DNA from: Propionibacteriaceae bacterium
GTDB lineage: Bacteria > Actinomycetota > Actinomycetes > Propionibacteriales > Propionibacteriaceae
Assembly: GCA_009782915.1 (NCBI GenBank)
Contig: WRIC01000003.1
Span: 15,195 to 79,194 of the forward strand
Length of the DNA: 64,000 nt
Direction of reading: 5' to 3'
Shown: positions 36,888 through 47,377 of the stretch, in pieces
How positions within the stretch are numbered: position 1 is the first letter of the stretch
How the letters are laid out: each line of letters begins with the position of its first letter
Notes under the pieces: generated by a model
Database searches by the model: none
What the model saw: only the letters and a program-made list of their open reading frames with translations
What the model was told of the DNA's origin: nothing
Position numbers and translations under genes: made by a program

Positions 36888-37904
36888 ATGCACATGACTG
36901 ACGCTCTGGTTTCACCAGCAGTGGGGCTTGCCATGGATGTGGTTGCGGGGGCGGTGATCGCCGGTACGGTGGCACGAATCAAGAAGGACCAATTCGCCGA
37001 CAAAAAGGTGCCACTGATGGGGGTTGCGGGGGCACTCATCTTCGCTGGGCAGATGATCAACTTCGCTATACCGGGTACGGGTTCCTCGGGGCATATTGGG
37101 GGTGGAATCCTGCTGGCTGCACTCGTGGGTGCTGTGCCTGCCTTCCTCACGATGACGGTTGTCCTCACGATCCAGTGCCTCTTCTTTGCTGATGGTGGTC
37201 TGCTCGCACTGGGATGCAATATCTTCAACCTGGGGGTCATCCCCTGCCTGATCATTTTCCCTCTACTTGTTGCCCCGATTTTTTCAGGAGGTACGAGCCG
37301 TACCCGCCTCACTGTGGGCTCACTTCTGGGAGTGATCCTGTCCCTCCAACTGGGCGCCCTGGGTGTGGTCCTCCAAACCCTCTTCTCCGGGATCGTGGAA
37401 CTCCCGTTCACTGTATTCCTCGCCACCATGCTGCCCATCCACCTGGTCATCGGTGTCATCGAAGGGATCATCACCGCCGCAGTCCTCAGTTTCGTGTACG
37501 CCATGCGCCCTGAACTCCTGGGTACAGCCACGCCGCAGAACACTCCCCCATCGTCGAAGAAACTCCTCATCACATTAGCAACCGCCACGGTTATCATTGC
37601 CGGGGGTCTCACCTGGTTCGCCTCCACTAACCCCGATGGTTTGGAGTGGGCCATCAGCCGTACCACCGAAAAAACCGGAACCCAGGAACCTGAGGGAGCC
37701 ACCGGAATCCACCAGGGGGCCGATGATGCCCAAAACACCACGGCGGGCTTCCCGGATTATTCCCTGCCCGGCAATCCGGACAATCCCGCGGGCGCACCTA
37801 TCAGTGGTCTCGTGGGCGCAGGGCTCACCTTCCTGGTTGCAGCCGGTTCAGGGTTGGTGATCTCGCGAATCAAGAAACGCGGGCGGGTCACAGTCGATGC
37901 CTGA
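36888..37904 (+). CDS. cbiM: ECF-type metal (Co/Ni) transporter substrate-capture component CbiM/NikM fused to a PDGLE (CbiN-like) domain
   Basis: N-terminal MHMTDALVSP (compare the MHIPDG consensus), GSSGHIGG, and a C-terminal TNPDGLEW motif plus TM segment. I chose the start at the ATG at 36888 with a GAAAGG RBS. Confidence 0.8.
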   Translation: MHMTDALVSPAVGLAMDVVAGAVIAGTVARIKKDQFADKKVPLMGVAGALIFAGQMINFAIPGTGSSGHIGGGILLAALVGAVPAFLTMTVVLTIQCLFFADGGLLALGCNIFNLGVIPCLIIFPLLVAPIFSGGTSRTRLTVGSLLGVILSLQLGALGVVLQTLFSGIVELPFTVFLATMLPIHLVIGVIEGIITAAVLSFVYAMRPELLGTATPQNTPPSSKKLLITLATATVIIAGGLTWFASTNPDGLEWAISRTTEKTGTQEPEGATGIHQGADDAQNTTAGFPDYSLPGNPDNPAGAPISGLVGAGLTFLVAAGSGLVISRIKKRGRVTVDA

Positions 37905-38673
37905 CGTCAGCGCACGGGTACGCGAACTGCGCGCCCTCGACAATCTCTCCCTCGGTGACACGATCATCCACCGCCTACATCCCCTGGTGAAACTCATCAT
38001 CACAGTGGTGTTCATTGTGGTGGTTGCCTCCTTCAACAGGTACGCCTTCGTGTCGCTGACCCCGTACCTCTTCTATCCGTTCATTCTCATGGCCCTGGCC
38101 GAACTCCCCTACACGGTGGTGGGTGCGCGGGTTCTTGTCGCGCTCCCGTTTTGCCTGTTCGCCGGGATCGGCAATGTTTTCTTCGACCGTGACCCGGCGT
38201 TTACTCTCGGTAGCCTCACCGTGAGCCTGGGTGTGCTCTCCTTGGCGACGATTCTGCTGAAAATGTATCTGTGTGTCATGGCTGCGCTCATCCTGGTGGC
38301 CACCACGCCGTTCACCGATCTCACCTTTCAACTGCGCCGACTCAAGGTGCCGATGATCTTCATCATGGTCTTCGAGATGACCTACCGTTATATTGGTGTG
38401 CTTTTCGAGGAGGTACGCGCCATCATCACCGCGTACCGCCTGCGCTCCGGGGCAACCAAAGGCCCGCACATCACCCATGCAGGATCCTTCCTGGGCCAGC
38501 TCACTGTTCGCGCACTGGATCGCGCCGAACGGGTTCATGTCGCGATGCGCTGTCGCGGGTATTCCCTGCGCGCCAGTGATCGCCCAAAACGACCACTGCG
38601 AGCCAGTGAGATCATTGCGCTAGTGTTGGTGTGTCTAGCGATTATTGGTCTTCGATTTTTCACGATTGGGTAG
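37897..38673 (+). CDS. cbiQ: ECF transporter transmembrane (T) component CbiQ
   Basis: 258-aa polytopic protein located between cbiM and cbiO. Its start overlaps the cbiM end by 8 nt. Confidence 0.8.
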   Translation: MPDVSARVRELRALDNLSLGDTIIHRLHPLVKLIITVVFIVVVASFNRYAFVSLTPYLFYPFILMALAELPYTVVGARVLVALPFCLFAGIGNVFFDRDPAFTLGSLTVSLGVLSLATILLKMYLCVMAALILVATTPFTDLTFQLRRLKVPMIFIMVFEMTYRYIGVLFEEVRAIITAYRLRSGATKGPHITHAGSFLGQLTVRALDRAERVHVAMRCRGYSLRASDRPKRPLRASEIIALVLVCLAIIGLRFFTIG

Positions 38674-38675
38674 GT

Positions 38676-39368
38676 ATGCTCCACGTCACTGATTTGGTCA
38701 TCGACTACCCCGACGGTACGCGCGCAGTGGACGCGTTGAGTTTCTCCCTCACCCCTGGTGAAACTGTGGCTCTCATTGGTGCTAACGGTGCAGGGAAAAC
38801 CTCTCTACTATTGGGGCTGGTGGGCATTCTCCCGTCGACCAGTGGGGAGATTGTGGTCGCAGGTCAGCAGTTGACGAAGAAGACTCTTCGCGAGGTACGC
38901 GCCAAGGTTGGCCTGGTTTTCCAGGACCCTGATGATCAACTGTTCATGCCCACTGTGGGTGAGGATGTGGCTTTCGGCCCGCGCAGTTTCGGTTGTGATG
39001 ACCAGGAAACAGCCGTACGCGTGGAGTCGGCATTGGCTGGTTTGTCGATCGGCCACCTGGCTTCTCGCTCCCCATTGAAACTCTCCGCTGGTGAGAAACG
39101 TCTCGGCGCAATCGCGACCGTACTCTCCATGAAACCCGAACTGCTGCTCTTTGATGAGCCCACTGCTTTCCTCGACCCGAAGGCCCGGCGCAACCTCATC
39201 ACCGTGATGTCGGAGCTCCCCCAAGCGAAACTCATCGCCACCCACGACCTGGATTTTGCTCGCCAGGTGTGTTCGCGCGTCCTGCTCATCGAAAAAGGAA
39301 AACTCATCACCGACACAGGCTTGGATCTTCTCGATGATCCCGTAGCCCTAGAATCCTCCGGTCTCTGA
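38676..39368 (+). CDS. cbiO: ECF transporter ATPase CbiO
   Basis: Walker A GANGAGKTS, signature LSAGEKRL, Walker B LLLFDEPT. The ATG lies 2 nt after the cbiQ stop. Confidence 0.85.
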   Translation: MLHVTDLVIDYPDGTRAVDALSFSLTPGETVALIGANGAGKTSLLLGLVGILPSTSGEIVVAGQQLTKKTLREVRAKVGLVFQDPDDQLFMPTVGEDVAFGPRSFGCDDQETAVRVESALAGLSIGHLASRSPLKLSAGEKRLGAIATVLSMKPELLLFDEPTAFLDPKARRNLITVMSELPQAKLIATHDLDFARQVCSRVLLIEKGKLITDTGLDLLDDPVALESSGL

Positions 39369-39468
39369 GGTGTAACCAACCGTTTCAACGCACTATGTCT
39401 GAGCGTTGGTGCGCTGTGTCTGGGTGTTGGCGCAACTTTTGTCGTACCCATCTGGCAGGGTTAATCCC

Positions 39469-40902
39469 ATGAACGAAACGACGTGGATTTTGGTGGCCGC
39501 CTTGGGGGGGTTCATCTTTGGATGCCTGGTGATGTTTGTGGGATACACCCTGCGGCGCAACATCACCAATGAAAAGATCCAAGCAGAGTTGGCCCGCGCC
39601 CAAGCTGAGGTGGAGAAAGCTCATGCCAATACGGCGAATGCGCATGCTGAGTCAGCGGAATATCAGGTCCAACTCGCCAACCAGAAGGTACTGATTTCGA
39701 CTGCTGAAGTGGAGAAGAAGGTCGCCTTGGAACAGGCTGAGCAATTGCGCAAAGACCGCGAGACCATGCTCAACGCCTACAAGGCTCTCTCCTCGGAAGC
39801 CCTCGACAAACAGACTCAGACCATGGATGCCAAAGCTGATCAGCGGATGAAAGACACCGAGAAGGTCATGACATCGATGAAAGAGTCCGTTCAACAACTC
39901 CAGGATCGATTGCACAAAATGGATAAGGAGAGGGCTGAGAACACAGCCACCATGATCGCTCAGGTGCAATCTGTGCAGCTGGCTGAGGAGCAGCTCCGCA
40001 AAGAAACCTCGACCCTGGTCAAGGCTCTAGCGAAACCACAGGTACGCGGGGCTTGGGGTGAGTTGCAGTTGAAACGTACTGTTGAACTGGCTGGAATGGT
40101 CGACCATTGTGACTTCATTCTCCAAGACACATCCACTAGTGACGACAAAACCATTCGCCCCGATATGAAAGTCAACTTAGTGGGTGGCAAATTCCTCTAT
40201 GTGGATTCCAAGACACCTCTGCAAGGATTCCTGGATGCGGAAGCCGCTAACACCGATGAGGGGTACGCCACAGGCATGGAGGGTTTCGCCAAGCACGTTC
40301 GCGAACACATCCGTCAACTATCGTCCAAGAATTATTGGAAAGCCGATGTGGGTAGTCCCGAGTTCGTGATCCTCTTCCTGCCCAGCGAGGCATTGCTGCA
40401 GCTTGCTTTGGAGTACGCGCCGGATCTCATCGAGTTCGCTGCGCCGAAGAACATCATGCTCGCCACACCCACCACCTTGATCACAACACTGCGATCAGTG
40501 GCGTACGCCTGGACCCAGGACTCTTTGGCTGAGTCTGCCAAAGAGGTCACGGGGTTGGGTCGGGAACTCTACGAGAGACTCGCCACCATGGGTGGACACT
40601 TCGACAAGTTGGCACGGGGGCTCGAGAGTGCTGTGGGTGCCTATAACGATGCTGTGGGATCCCTGGAGGGTCGCGTGCTCGTCTCGGCTCGTAAACTCCG
40701 TGATCTCAAGGTTTCTGAAGCCGAATTGAAAGAACTACCCCTGGTGACCAGCGGGACCCGTCCACTGTCGGCAGGAGAGTTAGTGGACAGCGCCCAGGAG
40801 ATACCCACCACTGTGGGGCGCTCACGGGCATTGACCGCTGTGCAAGAAGTTTCCTCGGGTTCTGATGGTGAGGGGCAGCCGCTCGATAGAGTTTCCCTAT
40901 GA
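39469..40902 (+). CDS. rmuC: DNA recombination protein RmuC
   Basis: It has an N-terminal TM segment, a long coiled coil and an RmuC nuclease-like C-terminal domain. I chose the start at MNETTWILVAAL. Confidence 0.85.
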   Translation: MNETTWILVAALGGFIFGCLVMFVGYTLRRNITNEKIQAELARAQAEVEKAHANTANAHAESAEYQVQLANQKVLISTAEVEKKVALEQAEQLRKDRETMLNAYKALSSEALDKQTQTMDAKADQRMKDTEKVMTSMKESVQQLQDRLHKMDKERAENTATMIAQVQSVQLAEEQLRKETSTLVKALAKPQVRGAWGELQLKRTVELAGMVDHCDFILQDTSTSDDKTIRPDMKVNLVGGKFLYVDSKTPLQGFLDAEAANTDEGYATGMEGFAKHVREHIRQLSSKNYWKADVGSPEFVILFLPSEALLQLALEYAPDLIEFAAPKNIMLATPTTLITTLRSVAYAWTQDSLAESAKEVTGLGRELYERLATMGGHFDKLARGLESAVGAYNDAVGSLEGRVLVSARKLRDLKVSEAELKELPLVTSGTRPLSAGELVDSAQEIPTTVGRSRALTAVQEVSSGSDGEGQPLDRVSL

Positions 40903-42110
40903 CCATGGAATCCAGCCCAGAAAAACCCGTACCCCTGCGGGAGATGGCCTCAGCGGTGAAAAGCTATGTTGAACGCTGTGGTCGAATCTGGGTGTCCGCT
41001 CAAATCATTGAGTTGAATAAGCGAAAAGGATTCAACTTCCTCACCCTTCGTGACACCAGCGAAGAAGTGTCGGTGTCCGTGACCTTAACAACTGCAATCT
41101 TGGATGCTGCTGGACCGGTGAGCGAAGGAATGGCAGTCACCGCTGAACTCAAACCCACGGTGTGGCTGAAATATGGTCGGCTCAGCTATGAGTGCTCCAG
41201 CTTGCGCCCTACTGGTGAAGGCCAGCTACTCGCCCAGATTGAACACCTGAAACGTCTCCTCCAAGCTGAGGGACTCTTCAATGCTGAGTTGAAGAAACCC
41301 CTTCCGGTGTTACCGAAAGGGATTGGGCTCATCACAGGAAAGGACTCAGCCGCGGAACGTGACGTGGTGGTGAACGTCCACAACCGATGGCCGGCGGCCC
41401 AACTTCACATTCGCAACACCCTGGTCCAGGGGCCCACTGCCGCAGCCCAAGTGATTCAAGCGCTCAGTGAACTAGATGATGACCCACAGGTGGACGTCAT
41501 AGTCATCGCTCGTGGGGGCGGGTCGGTCGAAGACCTTCTCCCGTTCTCTGATGAGGCTCTTGTTCGCGCAACCAGCAAGGCGCGTACCCCCATCGTGTCG
41601 GCGATCGGACACGAGGTGGACACCCCCATACTTGATCTTGTTGCTGACCTGCGCGCCTCCACACCCACTGATGCTGCTAAGCGCATCGTGGTGGATATGG
41701 CTGAAGAAATGGCGGGAATCAGTGGGGCTCGCGAGCGGATGGTCTCGGTCCTTCGCTCCTGGATCGACAACCAAGTCACTGCACTCAATCAATGGCGTCA
41801 GCGCCCGGTGTTGAAAGACCCTCTGTCACGGTTTGATGTCTACAGCCAACAGATTAGTTCTTTGCGTGGCCAGCTTCTTTCCGCTGTACGCCAAAGGTTG
41901 GATCGCGAATCCACCCAGGTCTCTTCGTCGCGGGCACTGGTCAACTCACTTGGTCCGCAGTCAGCTTTAGCGCGAGGTTACTCGATCCTCGTCGATGCTG
42001 AGGGCAAAAACATTTCCAGCGTGAAGGAAACCACCATCGGTTCAGATCTGAGCGCCCACCTCAGTGATGGACAACTGACACTCACAGTCAAAAACAAAGG
42101 AGAATCATGA
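40899..42110 (+). CDS. xseA: Exodeoxyribonuclease VII large subunit
   Basis: 403 aa with an OB-fold N-terminus. It has an ATGA overlap with rmuC and is followed by xseB. Confidence 0.9.
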   Translation: MTMESSPEKPVPLREMASAVKSYVERCGRIWVSAQIIELNKRKGFNFLTLRDTSEEVSVSVTLTTAILDAAGPVSEGMAVTAELKPTVWLKYGRLSYECSSLRPTGEGQLLAQIEHLKRLLQAEGLFNAELKKPLPVLPKGIGLITGKDSAAERDVVVNVHNRWPAAQLHIRNTLVQGPTAAAQVIQALSELDDDPQVDVIVIARGGGSVEDLLPFSDEALVRATSKARTPIVSAIGHEVDTPILDLVADLRASTPTDAAKRIVVDMAEEMAGISGARERMVSVLRSWIDNQVTALNQWRQRPVLKDPLSRFDVYSQQISSLRGQLLSAVRQRLDRESTQVSSSRALVNSLGPQSALARGYSILVDAEGKNISSVKETTIGSDLSAHLSDGQLTLTVKNKGES

Positions 42111-42334
42111 CTGAACCCCAATCCCCCCCGGATCAAGAACCACCAGAACTCAGCTATGAGCAGGCCCGCGATGAGCTCATTACGGTGGTGAACCGTCTCG
42201 AATCGGGAACAGAGAACCTGGAAGAATCCATGCAGCTCTTCGACCAAGGTCAGCGCCTGGCTACCCTGTGTGAAACCTATCTCACCGATGCGCGGGCAGT
42301 GATCGATGCCCATCAGGAGAAGCAGGCGAACTAG
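42107..42334 (+). CDS. xseB: Exodeoxyribonuclease VII small subunit
   Basis: 75 aa containing LSYEQARDELITVVNRLESG. It overlaps xseA by 4 nt. Confidence 0.9.
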   Translation: MTEPQSPPDQEPPELSYEQARDELITVVNRLESGTENLEESMQLFDQGQRLATLCETYLTDARAVIDAHQEKQAN

Positions 42335-42413
42335 AGGCAGACTCACCTCTTCGACACCATGGGTGAGGTGGTTGCTGGTTGACGCACCACGCCCAAGAGA
42401 GGATTATAGACGG

Positions 42414-43118
42414 ATGCATGAAGAAACGATCACCCTGGCCCGCAGTGAAGCGGACGGGTATGAGATCGCCTTACGCCAACGAATAATCGGTGAAACAACC
42501 ACCGATGAGTTGATCATCAATGGTGTATTCGCCATGGATTCGATGCGTACCAAATCAGAAATAGCTCTCGGCGAAGCCCTCGGTGACCAACCAGGTCGCG
42601 TACTCGTTGGGGGACTCGGACTCGGATTCACCTGCGAATACCTGCTCGACCAGGGGGCAACCCACATTGATGTGATCGAATTGTCCTCAGCCCTGATCGA
42701 ATGGGCTGAAGCAGGTCTGACCCCCACCTTAGATAAAGTAGCCCACGACTCCCGTGTAGAACTTCACCATGGTGATGCCGGGATGCTACTCGCTGGGCAA
42801 CCAGCCATCCCCGGGCTCTTTGGTCCCTGGGATGGAATCTGTCTCGACATCGATAACGGTCCAGAATTCCTCATCCACGAAAACAATGCCAAACTGTATA
42901 CCCGTGAAGGAATCACAGCCTGTTTGGGCCATCTCAACCAGGGTGGAAAAATGGCCATTTGGTCGCAAGGACCCTCCAAAGAGTTCTGGCTCGACCTAAC
43001 CAGCATCGACCCTGAATCCACCGAACGCCTCATCATGGTTGATCGTGGAAACCGTCGTGCCGACTACGCGATCTACACCATCAACAAACCCCAAGATGGT
43101 GACACTGAACCAGTGTGA
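42414..43118 (+). CDS. Spermidine-synthase-like SAM-dependent methyltransferase
   Basis: GGLGLGFT motif I and a spermine/spermidine synthase-like layout. I chose the start at the ATG at 42414. Confidence 0.6.
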   Translation: MHEETITLARSEADGYEIALRQRIIGETTTDELIINGVFAMDSMRTKSEIALGEALGDQPGRVLVGGLGLGFTCEYLLDQGATHIDVIELSSALIEWAEAGLTPTLDKVAHDSRVELHHGDAGMLLAGQPAIPGLFGPWDGICLDIDNGPEFLIHENNAKLYTREGITACLGHLNQGGKMAIWSQGPSKEFWLDLTSIDPESTERLIMVDRGNRRADYAIYTINKPQDGDTEPV

Positions 43119-43131
43119 GGTGCTCAATGAA

Positions 43132-43480
43132 CCCTGCGACTTCGCGCAGGGAGACGGGGTCAGGTCAGCACAAACGAGGTTAGGTCAGCACAGACCGGGT
43201 TGAGTCAACACCGACCGGGTTGAGTCAACACCGACCGGGTTGGGTGTCTCCCTGCGCTCTCTTTCCCCGTCACCCTGCGGAGCGAAGCGACTCGCAGGGT
43301 CCAGACACCACATTGATACGACGATACCCCCGTCACCCTGCGCGAAGTCGCAGGGTCCAGAAACCACATTGATACGACGATGGAGTCTGGATTCTGCGAG
43401 TCGCTTCGCTCCGCAGAATGACGGTGGTGAGTGTGCTCCGCAGAATGACGGTGGTGAGTGTGCTCCCTAGAATGACGGTG
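43132..43480. repeat. Repeat island containing Family-B arms, a tandem array and tandem half-arms
   Basis: Components by direct reading: a Family-B short arm (43132-43158); a tandem array with a period of about 20 bp, GACCGGGTTGAGTCAACACC-like, x4.5 (43158-43248); and a Family-B compound element with two L arms, one R arm and tandem GCTCCGCAGAATGACGGTGGTGAGTGT half-arms (43268-43480). Confidence 0.9.
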
Positions 43481-43489
43481 GTGTTGCAG

Positions 43490-44296
43490 TCAGCGACCGA
43501 ATCGGCGTTCGCGTTGGGCGAAAACCCTGAGGGCTCGAAGGAAATCCACGCGGCGAAAATCGGGCCACAGTGCTTCATGGAAATAGAACTCCGAATGGGC
43601 GGACTGCCATATGAGGAAGTCGGAGAGCCTCTGCTCCCCTGAGGTGCGAATAATCAGATCAGGATCAGGTTGGCCGGCGGTATAGAGATGGTCAGAGATC
43701 ATATCGATCTCCACAGTCTCAGAGAGCTCCTCCAGGGTCGTACCCTTGGAAGCCTCTTTTGCTAGCAAGGAACGGAAAGCATCACGTAACTCGTGGCGCC
43801 CGGCATAGGACACCGCAACATTAATGTGCATCCCCGTGTTGGCTTCAGTGCTCTGGGCGGCCCCACGCAGAGCTTGGGCTGTTTGATCAGGAAGAAGATC
43901 CAAGGCCCCCACGAGCTGAACCTTCCACTGGCCATGGGCTGCCAGGGATTCCACCAGCGAGACAATCACATCGAGGAGTGGTCCCACTTCGTCGTCAGCG
44001 CGATCCAGGTTGTTCGGTGACAGCACCCAGAGGGTCACGATCCCAATACCCACATCATCACACCAGGAGGCGAACTCCGCTAAACGCATCGCCCCAGCTT
44101 CATATCCTGCTGCGGAGGTTTCCCCTGGTGCATTAAGCCGCGCCCAGCGCCGATTACCATCAGCCATGACGGCCACGTGGTGGGGCAAGCGATCCTTATC
44201 CAGTGACGCGAGCAGTCTTCTCTCATAGGTGGTGTAGAGCAGACCAGTTGGTCGAAGCCGCTGTTGAACAGCTTGAATACGCTCACCCATACTCAC
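43490..44296 (-). CDS. uppS: Isoprenyl transferase (undecaprenyl/decaprenyl diphosphate synthase family)
   Basis: 268 aa with HVAVMADGNRRWA and a C-terminal RRFG. Confidence 0.9.
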   Translation of the reverse strand: MSMGERIQAVQQRLRPTGLLYTTYERRLLASLDKDRLPHHVAVMADGNRRWARLNAPGETSAAGYEAGAMRLAEFASWCDDVGIGIVTLWVLSPNNLDRADDEVGPLLDVIVSLVESLAAHGQWKVQLVGALDLLPDQTAQALRGAAQSTEANTGMHINVAVSYAGRHELRDAFRSLLAKEASKGTTLEELSETVEIDMISDHLYTAGQPDPDLIIRTSGEQRLSDFLIWQSAHSEFYFHEALWPDFRRVDFLRALRVFAQRERRFGR

Positions 44297-44433
44297 GAGA
44301 GTACCCTATTGGGCAAGCCGCCGTGCCCACCACTAAGAACCTGGCCCCTGACGAGTGTGTTTGCCCCTGCGCTCCGAAGAGAGTAGATTACCTACGGTAA
44401 CGTAACTTACTGAACCGTAACCAAGGAGATTCA

Positions 44434-45138
44434 ATGACTGCCACAGCGGAGAAAACGCTGATCGAAACCCCCCTAGAAGACCTGGTTCCGCTTAAGCGTC
44501 CCCTTCTTCGCGGATGGCTCCACGCGGGAACCGTACCCCTCATCGCTGCTGGAATCATTGTCCTCATCTGTATCGCCCCCGGTGGCATCAACAAGGCCTC
44601 TCTCGCGGTCTATCTGGGGTGCGCGGTTCTGCTTTTCTCCAACTCTGCGGTCTACCATATTTTTCCGTGGGGTGACACAGTTAAAGCAGTCCTTCGACGC
44701 ATTGACCACGCCAACATCTATCTCTTTGTCGCAGGCACCTACACACCTTTGTCGGTGATGCTTCTCACCGGAACTTCACGGATCACCATCCTCGCGCTCA
44801 TCTGGGGGCTTGCCGTGGCCGGAGTGCTCTTCCGTGTCCTGTGGATTTCGGCACCACGCTGGCTCTATTCCGCGATGTACGTGGTCATGGGCTGGGCAGC
44901 AGTATGGTGGCTACCCGAATTCTGGCGCAACGGCGGACCAGCCATCGTCATCCTCATTCTCGCCGGTGGGGTGATCTACTCGCTCGGCGCAGTGGTCTAT
45001 TCACGGAAATGGCCTGACCCGTCCACGAAGTACTTCGGTTTCCACGAGGTTTTCCATGCCTGTACGGTCGCAGCAGCCGCCTGCCACTGGGTAGCAGTAT
45101 TCCTCGCCGTACTTCAACTGCGTGCAGCACTCCTGTAG
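44434..45138 (+). CDS. Hemolysin III / PAQR family membrane protein
   Basis: 234 aa, 7 TM, with conserved His/Asp contexts (SAVYH, RIDHANIY, FHEVFH). Confidence 0.85.
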   Translation: MTATAEKTLIETPLEDLVPLKRPLLRGWLHAGTVPLIAAGIIVLICIAPGGINKASLAVYLGCAVLLFSNSAVYHIFPWGDTVKAVLRRIDHANIYLFVAGTYTPLSVMLLTGTSRITILALIWGLAVAGVLFRVLWISAPRWLYSAMYVVMGWAAVWWLPEFWRNGGPAIVILILAGGVIYSLGAVVYSRKWPDPSTKYFGFHEVFHACTVAAAACHWVAVFLAVLQLRAALL

Positions 45139-45188
45139 AGCGTGACTTGGGGCCTATCCCCGTGTGACTCGGTGCCTGTCCCCGAGCG

Positions 45189-46436
45189 CTAGGCGATCCT
45201 CGTACCTTTAGCCAAGGCTCGGTACGGAATCTTGAGTCGATTCACAGTGAGTACGAAGAAACCCGCACCAAGCAGAAGATTCACTGCTAACCCTAGCGGC
45301 CATACTGGATAGCTCTCAGCAGGAGGTCGTGGTTTGACCGGTGACTGCGGAACATCAATCACCACCCCATTCTTTTTCACGGTCACTGTACCATCGTCAT
45401 TGTGGATAACTTCATAGGGGGCGCCAGTGTAACCAGTGTAATAAAGTTCATAACACTCATCGATCTGTTTGGCCGGTGGTCTACTCATTTCCCTCACCAT
45501 CACGCTAAGTCCATGCAGAACGTCAATATCGCCCATATCGACTGATGAGGACACTGGTGCGGCATCAGCGACCACCACATAAGGGTTCGGAACAAACAAC
45601 CACCAGACCTTGTCGATGCGAGTTTCGTCTCGTTCCCTGGTCATCCAATGGCACTGATCAGCAGGAGGTTCCGGAGCAACCATGTATTCACCCTGATCAG
45701 TCTTCTCCCAGTATTCATCCCATTGGCGTTCATAGCTTCTCTTCTCTTCTTTAGTGACCCCCCAGACTTCCACCTCCATCTCTTCTTCCAGGAAAGGAAG
45801 AGTGAACAACATAACCAGCGGGGAGATAATCGACAGCAGGGCAATAGATAAATAGGTCATCACTGTCGATGCCGCAGCGCGATTGAACAGAGCCGACCAT
45901 CCTAATCCGATGGCGCACATGACAGCGATTAAAAGGAAGATGACGACCAAACAGACAAGAACCATCCACACAGAGATATTGCCGAAAAACATTGATGCTC
46001 CCAGGGAAGGCGAGGCGGCGACCAAGAAAGCCCCAGCGGTCAGCCAAGCTGCGATGAGTTTTCCACCGGCAATCTCAGCAGCTGACAGACCAGTGGCTTG
46101 CAGGGTCGCCAAGGTGCCAGCACTGCGGTCACCATTGATTGATGTTGCAGTAAAGGCTGGTGCGACAACAAGACTCAGACCCATCAGGAGGAGAACGATG
46201 ATCGAGAAAGCCATGGGACCAGCGCCAGTGTCTGAAAGCTCGACCGGGTTGGTTACACGGGAAAGACGGTAAGAAAAGCTGTCATAGACCGTCCACATGA
46301 TCAGGGAAGTGATCAGGGCGAGGACAACAGCCCAAGCAATCAATGCCCACAACCATTTCTTTGAGCGCAGCCGTTGCATGACCTCTAGATTGACCACTGT
46401 GGCCAATCCACGAAGGGACACTGACCAGGTGTTCAT
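45189..46436 (-). CDS. ABC-2 type transporter permease with a large extracytoplasmic loop
   Basis: 415-aa polytopic protein. It overlaps the upstream ABC ATPase gene by 4 nt. Confidence 0.7.
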   Translation of the reverse strand: MNTWSVSLRGLATVVNLEVMQRLRSKKWLWALIAWAVVLALITSLIMWTVYDSFSYRLSRVTNPVELSDTGAGPMAFSIIVLLLMGLSLVVAPAFTATSINGDRSAGTLATLQATGLSAAEIAGGKLIAAWLTAGAFLVAASPSLGASMFFGNISVWMVLVCLVVIFLLIAVMCAIGLGWSALFNRAAASTVMTYLSIALLSIISPLVMLFTLPFLEEEMEVEVWGVTKEEKRSYERQWDEYWEKTDQGEYMVAPEPPADQCHWMTRERDETRIDKVWWLFVPNPYVVVADAAPVSSSVDMGDIDVLHGLSVMVREMSRPPAKQIDECYELYYTGYTGAPYEVIHNDDGTVTVKKNGVVIDVPQSPVKPRPPAESYPVWPLGLAVNLLLGAGFFVLTVNRLKIPYRALAKGTRIA

Positions 46437-47377
46437 CGGCGCTCCTCATCTAGCTGCAAATAGGTTTCTTCTAAGCGCCCAGTCACAGGTGTGAGTGTGT
46501 GCACAGGAACATCAGCGCGTATGGCCATCTTCAACAATTGCCACGCAGATTCTATGGTGTCGAGAGTAATCAGACACTCTCCTGCGGTTCCCGGGGCCTC
46601 CTGCCAGTCGATACTGGAATTGGTTAAGAATGATTGGAGGGCACTCGGGTCGAGAGCTCCCATTTTCCACCCGCGAGCTACACCTTCGAAGGCAGTTGGC
46701 TCGGTGAGTACCGTACGTCCCTTTGATAAGAAGACCGCATGGTCAGTGAACTCCTCTAGTTCAGACAAAACATGCGACGAGATGAGGATTGTTTTTCCCT
46801 GGGAGGCAAGATCGCGAACAATGTCACGCAGGTCAATACGAGAACGAGGGTCCAGGCCGGATGCCGGCTCATCCAAGAGAAGAACCTCAGGATCATGGAT
46901 GAGGGCTCTAGCCAAACCCAAGCGCTGTTTCTGGCCACGCGACAAGACCCGCGCGGGGCTATCAGCGAATTCACCAAGATAGAGCTTGTCGAGTAGTTCC
47001 CGACCACGCGAGGTTGCCTCGGTTTTCTTCATACCGTACGCCCGACCAAAGGTGGTGAGTATCTCCACACAGGTCAGGGCATCCCAGGTTCCAAACGAAT
47101 CAGGCATCCACCCAACGCGACTGCGCGCCTGGTGGTTGTGAACAACAATGTCGAGACCGCAGACACTGGCGGTTCCCTCATCAGGTTGGAGCAAACCAGC
47201 CAAGATCAGAAGCAGTGTTGTTTTACCTGAACCATTAGGTCCAATGAGCGAGGTCACTGCGCCAGCTGGTGCAACAAAAGACACCCCGTCAACAGCACGA
47301 ACCGAACCAAAAGCCCGTTTCACATCCGTGGCAACAATCCCCGCAAGTGTGTCATCCATGTTTCCAGTGTCCCACAT
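46433..47377 (-). CDS. ABC transporter ATP-binding protein
   Basis: Walker A GPNGSGKTT, signature LSRGQKQR, Walker B LLLDEP. The start is uncertain: either 47377, which abuts the MITE-like element, or 47359. Confidence 0.85.
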   Translation of the reverse strand: MWDTGNMDDTLAGIVATDVKRAFGSVRAVDGVSFVAPAGAVTSLIGPNGSGKTTLLLILAGLLQPDEGTASVCGLDIVVHNHQARSRVGWMPDSFGTWDALTCVEILTTFGRAYGMKKTEATSRGRELLDKLYLGEFADSPARVLSRGQKQRLGLARALIHDPEVLLLDEPASGLDPRSRIDLRDIVRDLASQGKTILISSHVLSELEEFTDHAVFLSKGRTVLTEPTAFEGVARGWKMGALDPSALQSFLTNSSIDWQEAPGTAGECLITLDTIESAWQLLKMAIRADVPVHTLTPVTGRLEETYLQLDEERR

